From Antechinus flavipes (Eukaryota), in the NCBI RefSeq assembly GCF_016432865.1, contig NC_067402.1, positions 16,802,001 to 16,866,000 on the forward strand: a DNA stretch of 64,000 nucleotides. The letters run 5' to 3'. Shown here one piece after another: positions 33,345 through 45,800 of this stretch (position 1 is its first letter; every line of letters starts with the position of its first letter). Both the position numbers and the translations under genes were made by a program. The notes beneath the pieces were generated by a model, which saw only the letters and a list, made by a program, of their open reading frames with translations, searched no databases and was not told where the DNA came from.

Positions 33345-34333
33345 TGTAGTGTGAAGCTCTCCTAGGCTCTGTCCTTAGCCTTCAGACCCTTGAACAAAGT
33401 TCTTAAATGATTTTGCTTACAGAGGAATTGGCTTAAACATTTATGAAGCATCTCCTTGCCTTTCAGCCTGGCTGTATAAGAAGCCCGGCCTCTGGACTCT
33501 CCCTCACCCAGCAGGGGGGAGCCACAAGGCTGCTGTTGCTGGGACAGGGCAGAAGGGTGGTTATCAGCCAGCTGTGCTAGGTCACAGACCTTATCTCCCT
33601 ATCCAGGCTCATGAACATATGGTTCTGGTGATTGCTTCTCCCTCAGTTGCTTCAATCCTTTCCTAATCTTATGTGAAGGAGCATGAGGCTCCCTGAGACC
33701 TTGTGAGCTCTGAAAGATCAGGAAAGGAGCTGACAAAAGTCTGGGTCCAGAGTGTAGACAAGAGTTTGCTGTCTACCTGCAGAGCCCCAATGAGCGACTG
33801 GGAGTCCACCCAGGAGCACCCCAACCTTGTGATTAATATGTCAAGTCCTACAAAAGTCATTTGTGCATCAGCTACGTCACATTCAGAGGTGAATTTGGTG
33901 AACCAAATATTTTGTAGAAACTGCTTTAAGTTAGATTCCCCAGGAAGTGATTAAAGGGAGTAGGGTGGGATTTTGGACTTCTTTATTTTTTCACTAAATA
34001 TACCTTTATGAAAGCCAATTGACATTAATTGGTTAAGTGGGTAATCATTGGTGATTTATATTGAGAACACACCAGAAAGGGAGCTGAGACAACAATGTTA
34101 GGAAGAATCACCCCAACTCCTCAGAGAGATCCCCAAAACCCCACAGGTTTCTTGGCAGCTTCGCTCTGAAGCACCTGATTCAGCACTGGGAAAGTGAGAG
34201 GATAAGGATGTCCAAAACCCTTCTCTAGACTGAGCCAAGTCTACAGGGGAGAGGTACCATCCTCCCCAATGTGTTCCTCCATCCCATAGATACGATTCTT
34301 TGATGACATCTTTTGCTCCAGATCTTCTTTACA
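33345..34333 (-). mobile_element. LTR-like element or elements
   Basis: Minus strand starts TGTAAAG, with TATAAA at 34040-34035 and AATAAA at 33987-33982. Left boundary and TSD uncertain. Confidence 0.35.
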
Positions 34334-34606
34334 ATTTCTCATGTGTAATAAGTTGCACCCTATTCATATCCACCATGTTCTTCTTTATAGGCAGTCATAT
34401 CAAACTCAAATAGAAACAGAAGCTTGCTGGCAACATATTAACTCAGAAAACCACAAGTTAACGTGATCTCTATTGTATTTTTATTTTGTTAAATATTTCC
34501 AAATCTAAGTTCAGTGTTTTCTAGATTTTCTGGAAATATCATATTATCATTCTAATCTCCAGAGTCATTCAATTGGCAGGGTGTTATTTAAATAACAATT
34601 ATTCTT

Positions 34607-34720
34607 GGGGCAGCTAGATGGCAAAGCGGAGAGAGCACCAGCCCTGAGTTCAAATTCAACAGATACTTAACACTCCTGGGCAAGTCATTTAACCCCAATT
34701 GCCTCTCAAAAACAAATAAA
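34607..34720 (+). mobile_element. WSINE1-like SINE
   Basis: GGGGCAGCTAGATGGC...GAGCACCAGCCCTGAGTTCAAAT...TTAACCCCAATTGCCTC plus an A-rich tail. Confidence 0.8.
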
Positions 34721-35021
34721 TAATTATTGTATAATGTTGATTTTTAAATAGATCATTGTTTATTAAAAGATGGGCCTTGAGTACTAAGAAGTATTGGGGG
34801 CCATTTAAGAACCTTGCACTTTCTTCTTCCTTTTCAAATATGAGCCCAATCCATTATCTATATTCACAGACATGGACTAGAAGGTACCTCAGAAACACAG
34901 GGTCCAACCCAGGAAATTGAAGCCCCTGAGTTCCAAGGTCATAAAGCTAAGAAGCATCAAAGGTAGGATCTGAACTCAGGTCTTACGGCTCCAGAACCCA
35001 TTGCTCTTTCCATTGTGATAT

Positions 35022-35270
35022 TGTTGTTCAGTCATGTACAGCTCTTCCTAACCCCATTTGGACTTTCCTTGGCAAAAATATTGGAGTAGTTTGCTACTTT
35101 TTTCTCCAGCTCATTTTACAGATGAGGAAATTGAGGCAGACAGGGTTAAGTGACTGGCCCAGGGTCACACAGCTAAACTAGTCACTGTCTGAATCTGGAT
35201 TTCAACTCAAGATGAGTCTTCCTGACTCCTGGCCTGCCATTCAGTACACTAGGGTGCCCCTTAGCTGCTC
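35022..35270 (-). mobile_element. MAR1-like SINE
   Basis: GTTGTTCAGTCATG...CTCATTTTACAGATGAGGAAATTGAGGCAGACAGGGTTAAGTGAC. Confidence 0.8.
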
Positions 35271-36119
35271 TCTTTGCATTGTAGCAAGCTCCAGCAAAAA
35301 ATAAAAAGTTTTTTTTGCACAAACAAAAGCAATGCAACCAAAATTAGAAGGAAAACAGAAAACTGGGGGAGAAGGGGTAATTACAAGTATCTTTGATAAA
35401 GGTCTCATTTCTCAAATATGTAGAGAACTGAGTCAAATTTTGAAGAATACAAATCATTCTCCAATTGATGATAATTCATCAAAGCCCCAAATACATATAG
35501 GCAAGAGACCATAGATAGTTCATCCAGCTGCTGCTTGTATTCTGGTTTCTTTTTCTTAGTTGTTCCTGTGAGTTACCTATTACTTGCTGGCCTAATAAAT
35601 GCTAAGCGTTTTCTAGAAGATGTTATTTCTACATTTGTATGTACTTTTCATTTCTTTTTTCATTTTATGACAATAAAAATTACATTTTTAAATGTTCTTA
35701 GGTCTCTTGCCAGTCTCTTTCCAATCCTTTGTCCCTCACAATATATTGCAAAGAGATAGCCCAGAGCTATAGTCACATTTAACTATAAAAGTCATTGTGG
35801 AGCTTGTGTGCAAAGGATTCCCCCACTCACCACTAGCCCCCAAACCTGAACTTTGAAGGGTTGCACTCCAGATTGGTTTGTGGAAGGGTTCTGGCTAGGC
35901 TATATCTTCCTCAGGTTTTCCAGAAAAAGGTTCGCTACAACCTACAAATGTGATCTTCCATGATTAAGTGCTGAAATGCAATGTTGAGTCCTTCACAATC
36001 AGCCTATAATCACATCTCTGGGCTATTTACAGTATGTCCATTGATCTCCTAAGCATGTTGGTTCTTCCTGAGCTCTATATTGGATCAGATTTCTTTCCTA
36101 AGACGATACATTAAAGCAA

Positions 36120-36380
36120 AAACAATCTGATTCTCATTGATTGGCCAATAAGAGGTCTCAGATCAAGCCCCAAGTGTTTATCATTTGGGTTCTGTTTGAC
36201 TCAGAGTGAACATAAATATCAATCATTTCTGAAAAAAAGAAAACCTGAGCGTCTTCCCCTATTAAATTTATTTATTTATTAGATTTTTTTTTTTTTGGAC
36301 TAGGCCATTCTTTGCCTCGATTGATTCCTCACCTTAGTCAGTAAATGGATGTGGCTTTGGTCTTATAAAATCCAGCCCAG
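36120..36380. mobile_element. WALLSI-like SINE fragment
   Basis: AACAATCTGATTCTCATTG...GTCTTCCCCT...AGGCCATTCTTTGCCTC. Confidence 0.45.
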
Positions 36381-37959
36381 CAGAGAATCCATTTGGTGGC
36401 TGACACACCATGTCCTACAGCAAAGCAGCAATTCTAGTGTCTACATCACATCTAGGAGTTGACTTAGGGATGGAAATGTTGGTGACAAACATTTGGCTTT
36501 AAGTCTGAGCCCACTCTCCCCCGGGCTAAGGAAGTACTAGGAGGGATTCAGGAGAGCTCAGCCTTCCATTGCTGGCTTATTGTCCAAGTCATGAAGTCAA
36601 CAGGAATTCCTCTGGCTTCTCGTCCTCTTTAGTTCTCTTTACATTTCTATTGCATCTTTCCCTTGTTCCCACTTAGCCTCTGTGTTAGCAAGAACTCTCA
36701 TTCTCATAGGAATGCAGCAGAATTCCAATATTTCAGTTGACAATTCTACCGTGCCATTTAGATTTAATCTAATTTAATTCAAGAACCATTTATTAAGTGT
36801 CTCTTGTGGTGCTGGAGTGGGCTGGGTGCTGGAGATCTAATAACAAAAACCTTCCATTACCCGCATGCGTGATACTGGGTAAACCTTTGATGCGATAAAC
36901 TAGATTTACTCTTTTGTCTCCTTATATCTTTATTTGGCATTTCTTGGATCAATCTTCCAAACCTAGGGAAAAAACTGGGAAGTTTGTGCCCTGAGACAAA
37001 TTCAGTTGCCAAGGGACAAGGGAAGGTACGACTTTCTTATGCAAGATGGGCTAAAACAGAACTTATAGGAACTGAGGAAAGAACATGTAAGGGCATGGTG
37101 TTTTAGGAGTTGAAAGCAAGACTGAGAACCAGGTATTTCACTCACTGGGGAAAGGAAGGTCACCTGGAAGTTCATAAAAAATAACAAGAACTTTTCAAGG
37201 CTGAATTATAGGAGAAGAAGAAGCATTTGAAAGAGGCTGGGGGGGGGAGAGGGGGTGGTTAGAGAGGGTCATGGAATGTGGGAGATCACATGGGAGATGG
37301 GACAGCCAGTTCTTAAAAAGTGCCAATTGATGTCGTGAACGGCACAAGATTGTTCTTCATGTACTTTTCACTTGGACAATAACTACCAATTTTGCCATCG
37401 GAGCCACTCTGCCTCCCCCACTAAAGACATCAGTTAAGTCATAAGAAATTTATTATCTTGTTAACTTTTGCTCTCTTTTGTCTTTTATTTGCAATTTTCA
37501 CTGTACATTTCCCCTGAATTGCTTTATAATGAACACTCTTGGCAAAAGACTAAATAAATTGTTGGGCCGTTTTCAGGGTACAGAGGGAAGGAGGAAAACC
37601 TTTGCTCTTTCTCCACTTCTACGACCAAATGTCAGTCTTTTCCCTCCCAAACACAACCCCCCACCAAGGCCAGGAATCCCAAAAGGTCAGGAGAAGGCAA
37701 AAAAGCAGGAGAGGGTCCTTGCTGGAAAGATCCAGAACGAGCAGGGGCAGAAGTAAATACAATTTCCAGCTGAGGGAATGTCAAAGTCTCATGGCATTAC
37801 AGATATAGGGGTGGTTGGGAGAGAACATGGTATTATCACCCACATTAAATTTTATTTTGTCACCTCTTTTCCTCATTCTTAAACCTATACTCTTTGAAAA
37901 AGTTCAGAATAATGTTCCAGATAAATTATGGATTGTGTATATTATATGGATTATAGATA

Positions 37960-38220
37960 GACATACAGACAGACAGATAGCTAGAAAATCAAATAGCTAG
38001 ATAGACAGATGTTAGATAGAAAAGATTAGATAAANNNNNNNNNNNNNNNNNNNNNNNNNNNNNNNNNNNNNNNNNNNNNNNNNNNNNNNNNNNNNNNNNN
38101 NNNNNNNNNNNNNNNNNNNNNNNNNNNNNNNNNNNNNNNNNNNNNNNNNNNNNNNNNNNNNNNNNNNNNNNNNNNNNNNNNNNNNNNNNNNNNNNNNNNN
38201 NAGAGATGAAGGAAGAGAAG

Positions 38221-38254
<34 letters not shown>

Positions 38255-38310
38255 GAAGGAGGGAGGGAGAGAGAAATAGAGAAAGAAAAAGAGAAAGAAG
38301 GAGGGAGGGC
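37960..38310. repeat. (TAGA)n and (GA)n low-complexity tracts flanking an assembly gap at 38035-38201
   Basis: Directly visible; 167 N inside. Confidence 0.9.
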
Positions 38311-39279
38311 GAGAGATTTAATGGTAGGAGGAATAGTAGAGGTCATCTGGTCCAACCTTCTTTTTTTTTTTTCCCAGATGAAGAAAGTAAAGGTGAGAGA
38401 GGAGAAGTGGATGAAGTCACCCAGGTGGCAGAGCTGGGATTGACTCCAAATCCAGGTCACTGCTCCCTATGTCACACTGCCCATCATTCACCATACCAGA
38501 GATTTGCTACTAGTTCTGGATGGCAAAAGTTTATGTTTAGTGTTTAAAATGCATTTAAAATATAGTCAACATTTGTTGAATTCCTATTGGGGTGTACAAC
38601 AAATGAAACAGCATAGGTAGTGTGCTGAGCAAACTCTGAAATGCTATTTTTTTGCTCTCTGTTATTATGATTAATTATTATCATCCCACATATATCCAAG
38701 CCTGGCTCAAAAAGCAATGGCTCTCTGTGGAATTCCTCAGTCCCTTTCTGCCTCCCTTACTTCTTCCCCTCCTGCTATAAAAATAACCTCTCCCTTCTTT
38801 GGACTAGCCCAACTTTTGCATCTCATTGCCTTTTCCCATTATACTCTATCTTGTAGCTATTTATAAGTATCCCTTTTTCTTTCCCACTGGACTACAGAGT
38901 CAAAGGTGAACACTGAGCTAAAATGAAATTAGAAGCTTCCTGCAACAGCAATTACTACTCGCCTCCAAAGAAGAAGGAAATTCTAGAGCAACTCCCACAT
39001 TTTGGTGGAACTTTAGTAAAGGGCTACAAGTTACAAGTACCAAATGTTGCCTCCACTGTGTTGGTCAGTCATTCATTCCTTGCACATGGAGTCCCTGGAA
39101 TAGTTTCCTCAAGTTCAAGGTACTGGGTAGATCTCCCCCCCCCCCTCCCCCCCAAAAAAGAACTTGCTAATTTTTTTAGTCAGCCAGAGAATATGATTAA
39201 TTCAAAACAAAGGAATTTAATGAAATAGTAAAATAAGAAAGGTAGCATTGAAACATCCTCCTCCCCTAGGCTTATTTGG

Positions 39280-39480
39280 GTGTACTTTCTCCTACGTGTA
39301 TGTACCAATAGGGGACAGAGTGGACACATATAAGTTTCCCCAACGAGGGAAGCTGGCTAGAGAAGGGAAAGATGTGCTCCTGTAGAGTGATGGGGCGGAG
39401 AAAATGACCCTCAGATTCTTAATCTGGGCAGGTCCTGGATAGCAGAGAATGGCTCCATCAGAAGAAGCTACTTCCAGAGG
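39280..39480 (-). mobile_element. L2 ORF2 C-terminal fragment
   Basis: ORF 39292-39483 contains IKNLRVIFSAPSL, resembling the L2 ARNLGVIFDSSL motif. Confidence 0.5.
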
Positions 39481-39497
39481 CAAACTGGGAGGAGCAC

Positions 39498-39911
39498 TGA
39501 AGGGATTACCTGGGCCTTAAGTGGGCCCTCCATTCTTAAGTAGGCCTTTACATTATTGCCAAAATTATCGTAACTCCACAATTATTATATCCAATCAGGA
39601 AGCCAGGTTATGATGTCAACCCCCAGATTATATTTCCCCACAAGATAAACCCACTAACCTTCAATGGCCTAATCCCCTTCCTGGGGTCTTTCTCTTAAAT
39701 GGTGTCCACATCTGGTTCATTGTGAGTTGCCTTGAGAGAATCTGTCTTTCCCCTGGTTAGCCCTTTTTCTTGCTAGAAATCCTTACGAACTGAGTTTGCT
39801 CTTAACTGCTTCCTGTGAGTGAGCTCTTACCCCAATATTCTTTTGGGATAATACTCTGTCTCCCCAAGTTGGTGGTCAAACCCCGTCAGAGGGGACCCAC
39901 CAGATTTCACA
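39498..39911 (+). mobile_element. Possible solo LTR
   Basis: TG...CA candidate termini and an internal CCAATCAGG. No canonical AATAAA; TSD imperfect. Confidence 0.35.
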
Positions 39912-40219
39912 GAACCAGCCACAGATACTTCTGATCTATCAATATCACTGAGCGGTTTTTCCCAGTCTTCCCTCTGCTCCCTCCTTTAGTTCTGTTCTCT
40001 GAGCTCTGCTGGTCGTATGGTTCTGCTGATCTCACAGTATCTGCTGGACCACATTGCAAATGTCCAGTGCAATGGCTGCTCTGGGCAAGTTTTAATATTT
40101 TTAATTAAATAAATTAAATTAAATTAAATTAAATATTTTAATACTTAATAAGTATTTGATGAATGAATGAATTATAGTTAAGGAAATGGCAGATTAGACT
40201 CTATAAGTGACTTTCCCAC

Positions 40220-40322
40220 CAGAGAGAGACAGACAGAGACACACAGAGAGAAAGAGAGAGAGACAGAGACAGAGAGCAGAGAGAGAAGAGAGGGAGAGAC
40301 AGAGACACAAAGAGAGAGAGCA
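40220..40322. repeat. (GA/GACA)n microsatellite
   Basis: Directly visible. Confidence 0.9.
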
Positions 40323-41349
40323 CAGAACTAGTATGGTTGAGGAGATATTAAGCCTCTCGTCTTTCTAATGACAACCTCAGGACTCTATTCTATTACTATT
40401 GTACTCTATTATTATAGTATCTATTCCATACTACCTTAAAAATAATTGTCTTCCTGGATTAAGCCTGTCAGTCATTCACATATTAACATAATTTACTGTT
40501 ACAAATTTTTGTGCTAACTTCCTAGTAGAATTTTCTGGATTCTGATACAGAGGCAAAGAGGATATTTATTTAGTTTGGGGAATGAAGAAAGAAGGAATTT
40601 GAAGGCCTCATACAATGGTGGGAAAGTTAGATGTGGGGGGAGGCTTTGAATAGCCCAAGGGCTTTTGGAGGCTTTCAGTATTAAGAACATATTCAACAGG
40701 AATACAGAAAAGGGAATGGCAAGTTCTAAGAAAAAGTTAGTTTTGCAATTTTGCTCGGGGCCCTATTAGGAAGACTCTGTCCAGCCAAGGATCACACCTG
40801 ACATGAACCCTTTAAGGACATTACTGATGGCTGCTATTAAAAAAAAAAAAAATAGTGAGACTCATTAATACTGTTGTCTTTGCTAATATGTTATTACTAT
40901 TTCCTCAATGGACACACATTGCCAGAGAGCCCATTCCCATTCCAAGGGAGGCAATGGTATCACATTACTGATTATAGTTTGACTATTTCAATTAGTGTGT
41001 TGCTAAAAGAATATGATAACCATTTCAAAATCCATAGCATCCAATAGACAGTCCACAATTTGTGAGTGAGTTGTGCTCCAGAAATGCATTTCTAAGTCAG
41101 TAGCTCAATGCTCTTTTCCCCAGAGTACATACAGTGACTTTGATGATTAGATTCCTAGGCCAGAGTCCAAAAGTTTATTTAATACATAATGTTACTGAAG
41201 TTGAATGTTGTATGGAGTCCAGTTGAACCTAACCATGTGTGGAAAGTTTCAGTGGGAAAATGTGTCCAGAGTCCAATCTCAGAGAGACAGGAACATGTTT
41301 CTCTTCCCACCAGATTCAACAAAAGGAGCCCATGTTTTCTCTCTTCTCT

Positions 41350-42930
41350 GTTTATTGTTTTACATTTATTTTTTTTCTCAATTACATATAAAAAATTTAA
41401 CATTCATTTTTCAAAATGTTGAATTTCAAATTCTCTTTTCTATATATCCCTCCTTGGGAAGGCAAGCAATTTGACATATTATACATATGAAAACATACAG
41501 AACTATTTTTCCTTAGTAGCGATATTGCAAAAGGAACTGAAGACCAAAAAAAACAAGAATAATAAAGAACATTAAAAAGTTGTGTTTCAATCTGTCTTCA
41601 GATGCTATGAGTTCATGCTCTGGGGTAGAGAGCATTTTTCAACATAAGTTCTTCAGAATTGTCTTGGATCAGTGTATTGCTGGAAATAGCTAAAGTATTC
41701 ACAGTTGTTCACCTTATAATTTTGCTGTTCCTGTTTACAATTAATTTCCCTTTGCATCAATTCATGTAAATCTTTCCAGTTTTCCTGAAATCACTCTGCT
41801 CGTCATTTCTTATAGCACAATAGTATTCTTTTACAATCATAAATCACAATTTGTTCAGTCAACTTCCACAAAATTGATCTCCAATAAATATTTTTGTGCA
41901 CATAAGTCCTTTTTGTTTTTCTTTCCTCTTTTTGAGTTATAGTCCTAGTAATGGTATTTCTGAGCTTAAGGGTATGTATAGATTTATAACCCTTTAGACA
42001 TAGTTCCAAACTGTTCTCATGAATGATTGGATCGGATCAGTTCCCAACTCCACCAACAATGCTTTAATATCCCAATCCATCACATAACCTCCAATATTTG
42101 TCATTTTCCTTTTTTCTCATATCAGCCAATCATTTATCAATTGAGAAATTATTCATAATCTTACATATAAATTTGACTCAGTTCTCTAAATATTTGAGAA
42201 ATAAGGCTTTTATTAGAGATATTTGCTGTAAATTTCCTCTTCCTCCATTTTTCTGCTTCCCTTCTAATTTTTGCTGCATTGGTTCTGTTTATACAAACCC
42301 ATGTTAATTTGATGTTATCAAAATTATGCATTTTAATTTTTTATTAACGCTTTATTTTTCAAAACATATGTGTGGACAATTCTTCAGCATTAACTCTTGC
42401 GAAACCTTTTGTTCCAATTTTCTTTCCCTTCCCCCACACCATCCCCTAGATGGCAAGTAGTGCAGTATGTTAAACATGGTAGAAATATATGTTAAATCCG
42501 ATATATGCATACCTATTTATATAATTATTGTGCTGCACAAGAAAAATCAAATCAAACCAGAGAGACAGAGACAGAGACCCAGAGAGAGAGAATAAAATGA
42601 AAGCAAACAACAGAAAGAGAGAAAGTGCTATATTGTGATCCACACTCAGTTCCCACAGTCCTCTCTCTGGATGCAGATGGCTCTCTTCATCACTAAACAA
42701 TTGGAACTAGTTTGAATCATCTCACTGTTGAAAAGAGCCACGTCCATCAGAATTGGATTGTTGCCGTGTATGATGATCTGGTTTTGCTCATTTCACTTAG
42801 CAAAAATCATCCATTTTATAACCCATAATGCTCTCTGTCTCTTGTTTGGTCACAAATTCTTCCCTCATTTATAAATCTAAAGGGTAAAATATTACACGTT
42901 CCCTAATTTGGAAAATCTGTTGGAAAAGAA
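41350..42930 (-). mobile_element. Older L1 interrupted by a younger L1 3' fragment at about 42336-42801
   Basis: Two stacked reverse-oriented L1 3' regions. The inner one is flanked by imperfect AAAATTATGCATTTTA / AAAATCATCCATTTTA. Confidence 0.8.
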
Positions 42931-43249
42931 TCCAAAGCCGGCCCCAGGTCTTGGCAGTAGTACTTGGGTCCCATTGCTTCCCCTATGTCCAGTTAAAGTG
43001 GAGATTGAAGAATTCAGTGTTTGGAGAAATAGCTACCACGTTATACTTAATTAAGATCATCTGTCCCTGGGGAATATTCTCACTTGAATCCACAATCTAT
43101 TAAAGCAGCTTATTGTACTTTTGGATAGATCCAGCTTTTAGGGAGAAATCTCTCTCTTTCTCAATTCAACTCATCACTTCTACTTTTACCCCCTGAGGTT
43201 AAACAAAGTAAGTCTAATCCTTTTTTGCATACAAAGGACTTTCAAATAC

Positions 43250-43560
43250 TTAAAGACTCAAGTCTTCCCCACCTAAGATTGAACTTCCCTAATCCACTGG
43301 CCCTCCTCTGCCAGGAGGCCCTCCCATATGGGAAAGATGCCCGAGGTATGGTCCGCCCAAGCAGGGAACAATGACTCTCCCTCTTCTGAATCGCTGTTAA
43401 TTTTATGCAAGCTTGTCTCAGCTTCCCGGACTATTTTGGGAGACTTCTTTAGCCAAGTTCTCCATCCAAAAAGGACCATCCCATTTACTCTTTTCACAAG
43501 TATTCGTTGTGAAATTGCTCCTGCCAGGTGGACACTGCTGAAGTCTGGGTTATAGAAAAC
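43250..43560 (-). mobile_element. CR1/L3 reverse-transcriptase fragment
   Basis: ORF 43273-43581 (YNPDFSSVHLAGAISQRILVKRV...WRTWL...SGIFP) resembles the decayed CR1 motifs YLDFSKAFD.V.H.IL...W..NWL...SGVPQG. Confidence 0.5.
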
Positions 43561-43659
43561 TAAAACAATTTCTGTGCTCAAAAGTTTTCATTCCACTGAG
43601 GGAAATTTGTAAAGATGCCCCCCTCCCCTCCCCAAACAAGTATGATGCTCTAAGCATCA

Positions 43660-43860
43660 TGCTAAGGGCTTTGCAAATATTGTCTCATTTGATCCTCACA
43701 ACAAACAACTCTGGGAGGAAGATGCTATTATCCCCATTTTAGATTTGAGGAAATTGAGGCAGGCAGAGATTAAGTGACGTAATTTCTGAAGCTGGATTTT
43801 AACTCGTCTTCCTTATTAGACCTAGAATTCTATGCATTATGTTGCCACCTAACTGCCTCT
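43660..43860 (-). mobile_element. MIR-like SINE
   Basis: TCTCATTTGATCCTCACAAC...CCCCATTTTAGATTTGAGGAAATTGAGGC. Confidence 0.75.
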
Positions 43861-44226
43861 TTCCTGCATTCAATCAATAAACATTTATTATACATCTACT
43901 ACAAGCCAAATACTGTGCTTCTACTGTGTACTAGTACAAATACTGTGTACTAGAAAGGTTTCATGTACAGATGGTTTATGACTGAAGACTTAAGGAAGCT
44001 GAGGTTTCTCCAAGAGAGATGAGAAAGGATGGATTCCAGGAACGAGGGCCGACTTTCCCAAAAAGCGTGGAGAAGGGAAATGAGAAATCAAACTTCATTT
44101 AGCATTTAGGAGACTCATCATTGAGAAGGCTGGAGAGGTGGAGTTGGGGATGGACAACAATGTGTAGTAAGCCTGGAAAGGTCAGCTCCAAGCAGCATAA
44201 AGAAGGGCTTTAAGAGAAAACCAGAA

Positions 44227-44938
44227 GGTTACTACTGGGCTTATATCCCAAAGAGATACTAAAGAAGGGAAAGGGACCTGTATGTGCCAAAATGTTTGTA
44301 GCAGCCCTGTTTGTAGTGGCTAGAAACTGGAAATTGAATGGATGCCCATCAATTGGAGAATGGTTGGGTAAATTGTGGTATATTAACGTTATGGAATATT
44401 ATTGTTCTGTAAGAAATGACCAGCAGGATGAATACAGAGAGGACTGGCGAGACTTACATGAACTGATGCTGAGTGAAATGAGCAGAACCAGGAGATCATT
44501 ATACACTTCGACAACGATATTGTATGAGGATGTATTCTGATGGAAGTGGATTTCTCTGACAAAGAGACCTGACTGAGTTTCAATGGATAAATGATGGACA
44601 GAAGCAGCTACACCCAAAGAAAGAACACTGGGAAACGAATGTGAACTATTTGCATTTTTGTTTTTCTTCCTGGGTTATTTTTACCTTCTGAATTCAATTC
44701 TCCCTGTGTAACAAGAGAACTGTTCGGTTCTGCAAACATATATTGTATCTAGGATATACTGTAACATATCTAACATATATAGGACTGCTTGCCATCTAGG
44801 GGAGGGGGTGAAGGGAGGGAGGGGAAAAATCGGAACAGAAACGAGTGCAAGGGATGATGTTGTAAAAAAATTATCCTGGCATGGATTTTGTCAATATAAA
44901 ATTATTATAAAATAAAATATTAACAAAAAAAAAGAGAG
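44227..44938 (+). mobile_element. Young L1 3' fragment with a 14-bp TSD
   Basis: ORF2 C-terminus (ORF 44292-44540, AALFVVARNWKLNGCPSIGEWL...) plus 3'UTR and poly(A). Flanked by AGAGAAAACCAGAA (44213) and AGAGAAAAGCAGAA (44939). Confidence 0.92.
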
Positions 44939-45189
44939 AGAGAAAAGCAGAAATTTGTGTTTTATCCTATAGGAAGCTGTAACCCATAGGAGCTGAGTGA
45001 CTTGGGTGGCTAGGTGGAGGAGGAATGCAGAGGGAAAAGGCTGGAGGCAAGAAAACCAGTTGGGAGGCTCTTGAGCTAGTTCAGGGGAGGTGTCCCTCAG
45101 CAGCAACTTGTACAAGGAACCATTTGTGAAGGGAGAATTCTATGTGGTACCTTGTGTCCCGTGATTTTTTATTAAGAAGGCTGTGTTAT

Positions 45190-45800
45190 ATATAGAATTA
45201 CTTGCCTTCTAGGGGAGGGAATGGGGAGAAGGGATGGGAAAAAAAATTGAAACATAAGGATTTGCAAGGATGAATGGTGAAAATTATCTATGCATATATT
45301 TTGAAAATAAAAAGCTTTAATAAAAATATAAAAAAAAGAAGAAGGCAGCTATGTTATACATTGGATTACTTGCCATCTAGGGGAGAGGGTGGAGGCAGAG
45401 GGGGGGAATTTAGAACATAAGGATTTATAAGGGTGAATTTTAAAAATTATCTATTCATATGTTTTGAAAAACAAAAAGCTTTAATAATGTGGGAACTGAG
45501 TATGGATCATAATGTAACATTCTCACTCTTCTTGTTGTTTGTTTGCATTTTGTTGTCGTACTCATTTTCTTTTCTTTTTGATCTGATCCGTCTTGTGCAG
45601 CAAGATAATTATACAGATATGTTTGCATATATTGGATTTAACATATATTTTAACATGTATAACATATTTGGATTGCTTGCCATCTGAGGGGAAGGAGGGA
45701 AAAATTTGGAACATAAGGCTATGCTAGGGTCAATGTTGAAAAATTATCCATGCGTATGTTTTGTAAATAAAAAGCTTTAATAAAAAATGTCAAAAAAAAT
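45190..45800 (+). mobile_element. Three stacked L1 3' ends
   Basis: Three TTACTTGCC/TTGCTTGCC...AAAGCTTTAATAA tails in series. Confidence 0.9.

Noticed and set aside
33502-33524. CTCF-like CCAGCAGGGGGGAGC
   Set aside because: An extra G puts the invariant C out of register; weak match inside an LTR-like region.
34607-34660. tRNA-like A/B-box sequences (also about 19630 and 62230)
   Set aside because: These are SINE heads, not tRNA genes; no cloverleaf can be completed.
44292-44540. L1 ORF2 C-terminal ORFs (also 11794, 30207, 55627) as functional genes
   Set aside because: 5'-truncated insertions under 1 kb lacking the EN and RT domains.
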